Notes under the pieces: generated by a model
The model's database searches: none
The model's input: only the letters and a program-made list of their open reading frames with translations
What the model was told of the DNA's origin: nothing
Shown: piece by piece, positions 56,637 to 64,000 of the stretch
Position numbering within the stretch: the first letter of the stretch is position 1
How the letters are laid out: the number at the start of each line of letters is the position of its first letter
Assembly (NCBI GenBank): GCA_022340285.1
Contig: JAJDOG010000002.1
Location: 84,881-148,880, forward strand
Direction of reading: 5' to 3'
From: Betaproteobacteria bacterium
Lineage (GTDB): Bacteria; Pseudomonadota; Gammaproteobacteria; Burkholderiales; SG8-39
Length of the DNA: 64,000 nucleotides
Made by a program: the position numbers and the translations under genes

Positions 56637-57923
56637 ATGAAACGCCGTACATTCACCAAGACGCTCGCGCTAATGGCCGCGGCCGCAGCCATAGGACTCG
56701 GGTCACCTGCGCTACATGCGCAAGGCAAGACCGTCAAGGTCGGCGTGCTGCATTCGCTGTCCGGCACGATGGCGATCAGCGAGACCGTGCTGAAGGACGT
56801 CGCGCTGATGGCGTTCGAGGAAATCAACGCCCAGGGCGGCGTGATGGGCTACAAGATCGAGCCCGTCGTCGTCGATCCGGCCTCGAACTGGCCGCTCTTC
56901 GCGGAGAAGGCCCGCCAGCTCATCTCGCAGGACAAGGTCGCCGTGGTGTTCGGCTGCTGGACCTCGGTGTCGCGCAAGTCGGTGCTGCCGGTGTTCGAGG
57001 AGTTGAACGGACTGCTCTTCTACCCTGTGCAGTACGAGGGCGAAGAGATTTCCCGGAACGTCTTCTACACGGGCGCCGCGCCCAACCAGCAGGCGATCCC
57101 GGCGGTCGAGTACCTGATGAGCGAGGACGGCGGCGGGGCGAAGCGCTGGTTCCTGCTTGGCACGGACTACGTCTATCCGCGCACGACCAACAAGATTCTG
57201 CGTGCCTTCCTGCATTCCAAGGGCGTGGCCGACAAGGACATCGCCGAGGTCTACACGCCGTTCGGCCACTCCGACTACCAGACCATCGTGGCGAACATCA
57301 AGAAGTTCTCCGCAGGCGGCAAGACGGCAGTGGTCTCGACCATCAACGGCGACTCCAATGTTCCGTTCTACAAGGAGCTCGGCAATCAGGGCCTGAAGGC
57401 GACCGACGTTCCGGTGGTCGCATTCTCGGTCGGCGAAGAGGAACTCCGCGGCGTCGACACCAAGCCGCTCGTAGGCCATCTCGCGGCATGGAACTACTTC
57501 ATGTCCATCAAGAGCCCCGCCAACGAGGCGTTCACGAAGAAGTGGGCCGCGTACGCGAAGGCGCATAACATCCCCGGCCACAAGGACAAGCCGCTCACCA
57601 ATGACCCGATGGAGGCGACCTACATCGGTATCTACATGTGGAAGCAGGCGGTCGAAAAGGCGAAAACCTTCGACGTAGCGCAGGTCACCGCCGCCATGGC
57701 CGGTCAGACGTTCACGGCGCCGTCAGGCATTACCTCGATGATGGACGCGAAGAACCACCACCTGCACAAGGCCGTGTTCATCGGCGAGGTGAAGGCGGAC
57801 GGACAGTTCAACATCGTCTGGAAGACCAAGGGTCCGATCAAGGCCCAGCCGTGGAGCCCGTACATCCCGGGTAACGACAAGAAGAAGGACGAACCCGCCC
57901 TCATGGCGGAAAAGAAGATGTAA
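56637..57923 (+). CDS. urtA: Urea ABC transporter substrate-binding protein UrtA
   Basis: GAGGAG ribosome-binding site and a signal peptide. It has VKVGVLHSLSGTMAISE and VVFGCWTSVSRKSVLPV, and is followed by urtBCDE and the ure genes. Confidence 0.95.
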   Translation: MKRRTFTKTLALMAAAAAIGLGSPALHAQGKTVKVGVLHSLSGTMAISETVLKDVALMAFEEINAQGGVMGYKIEPVVVDPASNWPLFAEKARQLISQDKVAVVFGCWTSVSRKSVLPVFEELNGLLFYPVQYEGEEISRNVFYTGAAPNQQAIPAVEYLMSEDGGGAKRWFLLGTDYVYPRTTNKILRAFLHSKGVADKDIAEVYTPFGHSDYQTIVANIKKFSAGGKTAVVSTINGDSNVPFYKELGNQGLKATDVPVVAFSVGEEELRGVDTKPLVGHLAAWNYFMSIKSPANEAFTKKWAAYAKAHNIPGHKDKPLTNDPMEATYIGIYMWKQAVEKAKTFDVAQVTAAMAGQTFTAPSGITSMMDAKNHHLHKAVFIGEVKADGQFNIVWKTKGPIKAQPWSPYIPGNDKKKDEPALMAEKKM

Positions 57924-57946
57924 CGGCACGACGCCGTACGTGAGAC

Positions 57947-57968
57947 CGGGGCCGCCAGTGCGGCCCCG
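57947..57968 (+). terminator. Stem-loop (attenuator candidate) between urtA and urtB
   Basis: 9-bp stem CGGGGCCGC/GCGGCCCCG with loop CAGT. The downstream tract is only weakly T-rich (CTCCTTATATAT). Confidence 0.45.
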
Positions 57969-57978
57969 CTCCTTATAT

Positions 57979-59589
57979 ATGCGCATGCTACGCAACCTCT
58001 GCCTCATGCTGATCGTCGCGACAGCGGCGTATGCCCCTGCCGCGGCGGCGATCGATCGCGCGGTGGTCGAAAAGCTTGCCTTCGGTGATACCAGCGAGAA
58101 GCTCGAGGCGATCGCCGTGCTCGTCACGGAAGGGGATCCGCGCGCGGCTCCCGTGCTTGCCGCGCTTGCGGACGGCGAGCTTCAGACCGCGGAGAAGCGC
58201 GTGCTAATCGTGAAAGGCGACCGCGCGACCGATGCGGTGACGGGCGAGGCGGTCGCACCGTTGCCGGCAGGGCGGGAGGACGTCGTCGCGAACAATCGCC
58301 TGCGACGCGAGATCGGCTCGGCGCTCGCCGCCTTGCGGGTGAGAGCGCCGGACCGCGATGTCCGGCTGGCGGCGGCGAGGGAGCTCTCCGACAGCGCCGA
58401 CGAGGCGATGCTTCCTCTCATCCGGAAGGCGCTCGAGCTCGAGAAGGATGCCGAGATCCGATCGCTGCTCGAGATGGCCCAGGCCACCCTTCAGCTTCGC
58501 AGTCCAGACCGCGTCACGCGCCTGGACGCGATCCGGACGCTCGGCCAGTCGAGCAATCCGAGCATGAAGACGCTGCTTCTGCCGATCGTGTCGAAGAAGC
58601 CCGATGGGGCTTTCGCGGAGCCCGACGAGGCAGTACGCGCCGAAGCGCACAACAGCTTGAAGGCCATCGAGGGCCGGCTCGAGTGGGGCGAGCGGTTTGG
58701 TCTGCTGTTCGCGGGAGTATCGCTCGGCTCGATCCTGCTGCTCGCCGCCCTCGGCCTGGCGATCACCTACGGGTTGATGGGCGTGATCAACATGGCGCAT
58801 GGGGAGCTCATCATGGTGGGCGCCTATGCAACCTACGTCGTGCAGAACCTCTTCCGGGCCTATGCGCCCGACGTCTTCGATTGGTACCTCGCGTGCGCGG
58901 TGCCGGCCGCTTTCGCGGTCTCTGCGGCGGTCGGAATGGTGCTCGAGCGCACGGTGATCCGCTGGCTGTATGGCCGGCCGCTCGAGACGCTGCTCGCGAC
59001 CTGGGGCATCAGCCTGGTGCTGATCCAGGCGGTGCGCACGATTTTTGGCGCGCAGAACGTGCAGGTGGAGAACCCGGCCTTCATGTCAGGCGGCATCCAG
59101 GTTCTTTCCAACCTCGTGCTGCCCTGGAACCGCATCGTCATCGTCATCTTCGCCGCGGCAGTGGTCACCGGCATCTGGCTGTTGCTCACGCGGACGCGGC
59201 TCGGGCTGTTCGTCCGCGGCGTGACGCAGAATCGCGCGATGGCTTCCTGCGTGGGGGTGCCCACCTCGCGCGTAGACACGTGGGCGTTCGGACTCGGCTC
59301 CGGCATCGCCGGGCTGGCCGGGTGCGCGTTGTCGCAGATCGGAAACGTGGGGCCGGACCTGGGGCAGGGGTACATCGTCGACTCGTTCATGGTGGTCGTG
59401 TTTGGCGGCGTGGGGCAGCTTGCCGGAACGATCTACGCCGCGCTCGTGCTGGGCATGGTCAACAAGTTCATCGAGTCCTGGTCGGGCGCAGTGATCGCCA
59501 AGATCGCGGTGCTGGTGTTCATCATCTTCTTCATCCAGCGGCGGCCGCAGGGCATGTTCGCGCTCAGGGGACGGGCGGTGGAGGCCTGA
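57979..59589 (+). CDS. urtB: Urea ABC transporter permease UrtB with an N-terminal extension of about 230 aa
   Basis: The C-terminal half is LivH-like (GVINMAHGELIMVGAY). The N-terminal half has a signal/TM segment plus HEAT-like helical repeats. The start is 57979 or 57985. Confidence 0.9.
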   Translation: MRMLRNLCLMLIVATAAYAPAAAAIDRAVVEKLAFGDTSEKLEAIAVLVTEGDPRAAPVLAALADGELQTAEKRVLIVKGDRATDAVTGEAVAPLPAGREDVVANNRLRREIGSALAALRVRAPDRDVRLAAARELSDSADEAMLPLIRKALELEKDAEIRSLLEMAQATLQLRSPDRVTRLDAIRTLGQSSNPSMKTLLLPIVSKKPDGAFAEPDEAVRAEAHNSLKAIEGRLEWGERFGLLFAGVSLGSILLLAALGLAITYGLMGVINMAHGELIMVGAYATYVVQNLFRAYAPDVFDWYLACAVPAAFAVSAAVGMVLERTVIRWLYGRPLETLLATWGISLVLIQAVRTIFGAQNVQVENPAFMSGGIQVLSNLVLPWNRIVIVIFAAAVVTGIWLLLTRTRLGLFVRGVTQNRAMASCVGVPTSRVDTWAFGLGSGIAGLAGCALSQIGNVGPDLGQGYIVDSFMVVVFGGVGQLAGTIYAALVLGMVNKFIESWSGAVIAKIAVLVFIIFFIQRRPQGMFALRGRAVEA

Positions 59590-60731
59590 TGGGTCCGCTC
59601 ACGTCGACTTTCACGCGCCTCTACGGCACCAAGGGGTGGCTCGCGCTCGGCGTGTTCGCGGTCGTTCTGCTGGTCGTGATCCCGCTGCTGAACCTCGCCG
59701 TGCCCGAAACGAGTCCGTACCACGTCTCGACCTACTGGGTCACGCTCATCGGCAAGATCATGTGCTACGCGATCGTGGCGCTGGCGATGGACCTGATCTG
59801 GGGCTATTGCGGAATCCTTTCGCTCGGACACGGCCTCTTCTTCGCGCTCGGCGGATATGCGATGGGGATGTACCTCATGCGCCAGATCGGGCGCGAGGGG
59901 CAATATCAATCCGATCTGCCGGATTTCATGGTGTTCCTGGATTGGAAGGAATTCCCGTGGCAATGGTGGGGCACCGATCATTTCCTGTGGGCGGCGTTCC
60001 TGGTTGTCGCGGTGCCCGGGTTGCTCGCTTTCGTGTTCGGCTATTTCGCTTTCCGCTCGCGGGTGAAGGGTGTGTACTTTTCGATCATCACGCAGGCCCT
60101 GACCTTCGCCGCAATGCTGCTCTTCTTCCGCAACGATACGGGTTTCGGGGGCAACAACGGATTCACCGACTTCAAGCGCATCCTGGGCTTCCCGATCACG
60201 ACACCGGAGACGCGCATGGCGCTCTTCGCCCTGACGGGAATCGTGCTGATCGTTGCGCTCCTCGTCGGGCGCTGGCTCGTGACCTCGAAGTTCGGACGCG
60301 TTCTGGCCGCCATACGCGACGCCGAGCCGCGCGTGATGTTCTGCGGCTACGACACCGTCCATTACAAGCTGGCGATCTGGACGTTTTCCGCGGTCCTTTG
60401 CGGCATTGCCGGTGCACTCTATGTCCCGCAGGTGGGCATCATCAATCCGAGCGAGATGTCGCCGGCCAACTCGATCGAGATCGCCATCTGGGTGGCGATT
60501 GGCGGCCGCGGTACGCTGGTCGGCGCCGTGGCGGGCGCCGGGCTGGTCAATGGCGCGAAGAGCTACTTCACGCAGGCCTTCCCGGAATACTGGCTCTTCT
60601 TTCTGGGCCTGCTCTTCATCCTCGTCACGCTGTTCCTGCCCAACGGCGTGGTGGGTCTCGCGGCGAAGCTGCGCGCCATGCTGGCCGGGCGCCGGCCGGC
60701 GCCGGCCGGCGTCGCGGAGGAGACAGCGTGA
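59589..60731 (+). CDS. urtC: Urea ABC transporter permease UrtC
   Basis: ATG overlaps the urtB stop. It has GILSLGHGLFFALGGY and FGGNNGFTDF. Confidence 0.95.
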   Translation: MGPLTSTFTRLYGTKGWLALGVFAVVLLVVIPLLNLAVPETSPYHVSTYWVTLIGKIMCYAIVALAMDLIWGYCGILSLGHGLFFALGGYAMGMYLMRQIGREGQYQSDLPDFMVFLDWKEFPWQWWGTDHFLWAAFLVVAVPGLLAFVFGYFAFRSRVKGVYFSIITQALTFAAMLLFFRNDTGFGGNNGFTDFKRILGFPITTPETRMALFALTGIVLIVALLVGRWLVTSKFGRVLAAIRDAEPRVMFCGYDTVHYKLAIWTFSAVLCGIAGALYVPQVGIINPSEMSPANSIEIAIWVAIGGRGTLVGAVAGAGLVNGAKSYFTQAFPEYWLFFLGLLFILVTLFLPNGVVGLAAKLRAMLAGRRPAPAGVAEETA

Positions 60732-61552
60732 ACACTGCGATCCATACGGCAGCGGGACTGGGAGGTGGTCGCGCGTCGATGGGCCACGTCGTCACCGGAG
60801 AGCTCGACACGACGCACGGGACGATTCTCTACCTGGACGGCATCAGCGTGAGCTTCGACGGCTTCAAGGCGCTCAACGACCTCTCGCTCAACATCGACGT
60901 GGGAGAGCTGCGTTGCGTCATCGGTCCGAACGGCGCCGGCAAGACGACGATGATGGATGTCATCACCGGGCGGACGCGCCCCGACGCCGGCCGCGCGTAC
61001 TTCGGCGAGACCATCGACCTCGCGCGCATGAACGAGGCGCAGATCGCGCATGTCGGAATCGGCCGCAAGTTCCAGAAGCCGACCATCTTCGAGCGCCACT
61101 CGGCGTTCGAGAATCTCGAGCTCGCGATGAAGACGGACAAGCGGGTGCGCAAGACCCTGTTCGCGCGCCTCGGTGCCGATGAGCGAGACCGGATCGCCGA
61201 CACGCTGCGGCTCATCCGGCTCGATCCGGTGGCGGACCGCCCGGCCGGCCTGCTGTCGCACGGCCAGAAGCAGTGGCTCGAGATCGGAATGCTGCTCATG
61301 CAGGAGCCCAAGCTGCTGCTGCTCGACGAGCCGGTCGCCGGAATGAGCGACGACGAGACCGAGCGCACCGCAGAACTCTTTCTCTCGCTTGCGGGCCAGC
61401 ACTCGCTGGTGGTCGTCGAGCACGACATGGCGTTCGTCGCCCGCATCGCGCGCAAGGTGACGGTTCTGCACGAGGGATCGGTGATCGCCGAAGGGCCGAT
61501 GAAGACGGTGCAGGAGGATCCGCGGGTCATCGAGGTGTACCTGGGACGCTGA
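60728..61552 (+). CDS. urtD: Urea ABC transporter ATP-binding protein UrtD
   Basis: GTG overlaps the urtC stop. It has GPNGAGKTT, LSHGQKQWLEIGM and LLLLDEPVAGM. Confidence 0.9.
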   Translation: MNTAIHTAAGLGGGRASMGHVVTGELDTTHGTILYLDGISVSFDGFKALNDLSLNIDVGELRCVIGPNGAGKTTMMDVITGRTRPDAGRAYFGETIDLARMNEAQIAHVGIGRKFQKPTIFERHSAFENLELAMKTDKRVRKTLFARLGADERDRIADTLRLIRLDPVADRPAGLLSHGQKQWLEIGMLLMQEPKLLLLDEPVAGMSDDETERTAELFLSLAGQHSLVVVEHDMAFVARIARKVTVLHEGSVIAEGPMKTVQEDPRVIEVYLGR

Positions 61553-61554
61553 GC

Positions 61555-62247
61555 ATGCTGTCGGTCGCCCACCTCAACCAGTACTACGGCGGCAGCCACA
61601 TCCTGCGCGATGTCGCATTCGAAGTGCCTACCGGGCAGGTCGTCGCGCTGCTCGGCCGCAACGGAGTGGGCAAGACCACGCTGCTGCGTACACTCATGGG
61701 TCTCGTGCCCGCCGCCACGGGCTCGGTACGCTTCGACAACGCGGATCTCACCGGCGCGCCGCCCTACCGCCGGGTGAGGGCGGGCATCGGCTATGTTCCG
61801 CAGGGCCGCGAGATCTTCCCGCGCCTCACGGTCGAAGAGAACCTTGCGATGGGCCTGGCCACGCGTCCGCGCGGCACGCGCCTGCCGGAACGCATCTTCG
61901 AGATGTTTCCGGTTCTGAAAGACATGCTGCGCCGGCGCGGCGGTGATCTGTCCGGCGGCCAGCAGCAGCAGCTCGCGATCGGGCGTGCCCTCGCAATGAC
62001 GCCGAAACTCCTTATCCTGGACGAGCCGACCGAGGGGATCCAGCCCTCGATCATCAAGGACATCGAGCGCGTGATTCGCGCACTCGCGGCCACCGGCGAG
62101 ATGGCGATCCTGCTCGTCGAGCAGTACTACGACTTCGCGTGCTCGCTCGCCGATCAATACCTCGTCATGGAACGCGGCGAGATCATCGCGCGCGGGCGCG
62201 GCTGCGACATGCAGTCAGACGGCGTGCGCGAGCTGCTCGCAGTATGA
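61555..62247 (+). CDS. urtE: Urea ABC transporter ATP-binding protein UrtE
   Basis: GRNGVGKTT, LSGGQQQQLAIGRAL, LILDEPTEGIQP. Confidence 0.95.
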   Translation: MLSVAHLNQYYGGSHILRDVAFEVPTGQVVALLGRNGVGKTTLLRTLMGLVPAATGSVRFDNADLTGAPPYRRVRAGIGYVPQGREIFPRLTVEENLAMGLATRPRGTRLPERIFEMFPVLKDMLRRRGGDLSGGQQQQLAIGRALAMTPKLLILDEPTEGIQPSIIKDIERVIRALAATGEMAILLVEQYYDFACSLADQYLVMERGEIIARGRGCDMQSDGVRELLAV

Positions 62248-62254
62248 TCGGCGC

Positions 62255-63097
62255 ATGCATCCGGGCGAGGCCGTTCACCTGCAGGGCTGGCGCGCCGAGC
62301 TCGACCTCGCATTCGAGCGCCGCGCGGCGCGCACCGTGCTCGCGGCGCGGCGGCACGCAGGCCCGCTCGTGGTTCAGAAGCCTTTCTATCCCGAAGGCGA
62401 AGCCGTCTGTCACGCGATCGTTCTGCATCCGCCTGCCGGGATCGCCGGCGGCGACGATCTCGAGCTATCGGCCCGAAGTGCAGGCGGCGCGCATGCTTTG
62501 CTCACGACCCCCGGTGCGGGAAAATGGTACCGCTCCGCGGGATCCTGGGCGCGACAGCGCCTTGACTTCGACGTTGCCGAAGGGGCATGTCTCGAGTGGC
62601 TGCCGCAGGAAACCATCATCTACGACGGGGCGCTCGCCCGGCTCGAAACCGAAGTTCGACTTGCCGGCGACGCCTGCTACTTGGGTTGGGAGATCTTGTG
62701 CCTCGGTCGCACCGGTTCCGGAGAGGCATTCCAGCGCGGCACCTGCCGGCTGCGCACGACGGTGCTGCGCGACGGAAAGGCGCAGTGGCTCGAGCGCGGG
62801 ATTATCGACGGCGGAGGCGAGCTCCTCGATGCGCGCGTGGGCCTAGGCGGCCAGCCGGTGTGCGGGACACTGATCGTCGCTGCCCCCGTCCTCGCTGCGG
62901 AGCTCATTGCGGCGTGTCGGGTGCCGCAGCCGTCGGTCGGCGCCGGCGCGGTGACGTGTTTGCCCGGGACGCTGGTCGCGCGCTATCTCGGCCCATCCAG
63001 CGAAGCGGCGCGACGCTATTTCGCGAGATTGTGGGGGATCATCCGTCCCGAGGTTCTGGGCCGCACGGCGACGGTCCCGCGCATCTGGGCCACCTAG
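62255..63097 (+). CDS. ureD: Urease accessory protein UreD
   Basis: 280 aa with [12 protein letters not shown] and [11 protein letters not shown]. It lies immediately upstream of ureABC. Confidence 0.9.
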   Translation: MHPGEAVHLQGWRAELDLAFERRAARTVLAARRHAGPLVVQKPFYPEGEAVCHAIVLHPPAGIAGGDDLELSARSAGGAHALLTTPGAGKWYRSAGSWARQRLDFDVAEGACLEWLPQETIIYDGALARLETEVRLAGDACYLGWEILCLGRTGSGEAFQRGTCRLRTTVLRDGKAQWLERGIIDGGGELLDARVGLGGQPVCGTLIVAAPVLAAELIAACRVPQPSVGAGAVTCLPGTLVARYLGPSSEAARRYFARLWGIIRPEVLGRTATVPRIWAT

Positions 63098-63107
63098 GGG
63101 GAAGGGG

Positions 63108-63410
63108 ATGGAGTTAACGCCGAGAGAGAAGGACAAGCTGCTGGTGTTCACCGCGGCGCTCCTTGCGGAGCGGCGCCGGGCCAAAGGTCTGAAATTGAAC
63201 TACCCGGAAGCCGTCGCATTCATTTCCGCCGCGATCATGGAGGGCGCGCGCGAAGGCAGGAGCGTCTCGGAACTGATGGGCTGGGGCGCCACGCTGCTCA
63301 AGCGCGAAGAGGTCATGGAAGGCGTGCCGGAGATGATCCCGGAGATTCAGGTCGAAGCCACGTTTCCCGACGGCACAAAACTCGTCACGGTACACAATCC
63401 CATCGTGTAG
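63108..63410 (+). CDS. ureA: Urease subunit gamma
   Basis: [37 protein letters not shown].. is the canonical UreA sequence. Confidence 0.97.
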   Translation: MELTPREKDKLLVFTAALLAERRRAKGLKLNYPEAVAFISAAIMEGAREGRSVSELMGWGATLLKREEVMEGVPEMIPEIQVEATFPDGTKLVTVHNPIV

Positions 63411-63431
63411 AGCGGACCAGAGGAGGACTGC

Positions 63432-63752
63432 GTGATACCCGGAGAAATGCAGGTTGCGGACGGAGAGATCGAGATCAATGCCGGCCGCAAGACCATCACG
63501 GTCGAGGTCACCAACACCGGGGATCGCCCGATCCAGGTGGGATCCCACTACCACTTCTTCGAGACGAACGACGCACTGCAGTTCGAGCGCGCGCGCAGCT
63601 ATGGTTTTCGGCTGAACATCGCATCGGGCACCGCAGTCCGATTCGAGCCGGGGCAGATGCGAACGGTGGAACTGGTCGCGCTTTCCGGTGAGCGAAAGGT
63701 CTACGGGTTTGCTGGTCGCGTGATGGGGAAGCTCAAGGGATCCGCCAAATGA
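63432..63752 (+). CDS. ureB: Urease subunit beta
   Basis: GTG after [42 protein letters not shown]. Confidence 0.97.
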   Translation: MIPGEMQVADGEIEINAGRKTITVEVTNTGDRPIQVGSHYHFFETNDALQFERARSYGFRLNIASGTAVRFEPGQMRTVELVALSGERKVYGFAGRVMGKLKGSAK

Positions 63753-64000
63753 CTGCGAAGATCGGACGCCAGGCCTATGCGGAAATGTTCGGCCCGACCG
63801 TCGGCGACCGCGTGCGTCTCGCGGATACCGAGCTGTGGATCGAGGTGGAGAAGGATTACACGACCTACGGCGAGGAAGTGAAGTTCGGCGGCGGCAAGGT
63901 GATTCGCGATGGCATGGGACAGAGTCAGCGCACCGCGAGCGAGATCGCCGATACGGTGATCACCAATGCGCTGATCGTGGATCACTGGGGCATCGTCAAG
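63749..64000 (+). CDS. ureC: Urease subunit alpha, 3' end outside window
   Basis: The ATG overlaps the ureB stop. [58 protein letters not shown]. Confidence 0.95.
   Translation, partial: MTAKIGRQAYAEMFGPTVGDRVRLADTELWIEVEKDYTTYGEEVKFGGGKVIRDGMGQSQRTASEIADTVITNALIVDHWGIVK

Overview
High-GC, gene-dense proteobacterial chromosomal window. The surE-pcm-nlpD-rpoS order fits a beta- or gammaproteobacterium. I found no rRNA, tRNA, CRISPR array, integrase or transposase. Left to right: (1) an ABC-2 exporter and a group of small YciI/VOC proteins. (2) A minus-strand acyl-CoA operon (3.1-11.1 kb) with the enzyme set of the bad/ali cyclohexanecarboxylate pathway, divergent from a Liv-type ABC importer (11.3-16.3 kb). 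(3) A DUF1445 hydro-lyase, a Mesh1-like HD hydrolase, a GST and a marR / HlyD-family / MFS-DHA2 efflux operon. (4) A two-partner secretion locus (22.7-30.4 kb). (5) A TAXI-TRAP transporter, an ACT protein and TldD/PmbA. (6) An IF-1 paralogue module followed by a 3x50-bp hairpin repeat array, then srkA. (7) A split TPP decarboxylase divergent from a PhtD-like decarboxylase, a Tat-signal aldo/keto reductase, a UDG and an RCK K+ channel. (8) A c-di-GMP neighbourhood. (9) surE-pcm-nlpD-rpoS. (10) urtABCDE-ureDABC behind a textbook sigma-54 promoter. The best candidate for something undescribed is the two-partner secretion exoprotein: a 1977-aa TpsA built from about 24 tandem 32-residue N-[YF]-G-V repeats, with an internal 672-bp tandem duplication, three MBG-like C-terminal modules and no toxin or immunity pair. 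Second is the Shine-Dalgarno/anti-Shine-Dalgarno hairpin repeat family (tandem array after the IF-1 paralogue, plus a solo copy at 16.3 kb). Many long alternative-frame and antisense ORFs in the track are GC artefacts and were not called. All functional calls rest on motifs read by eye from the translations. No database search was run.
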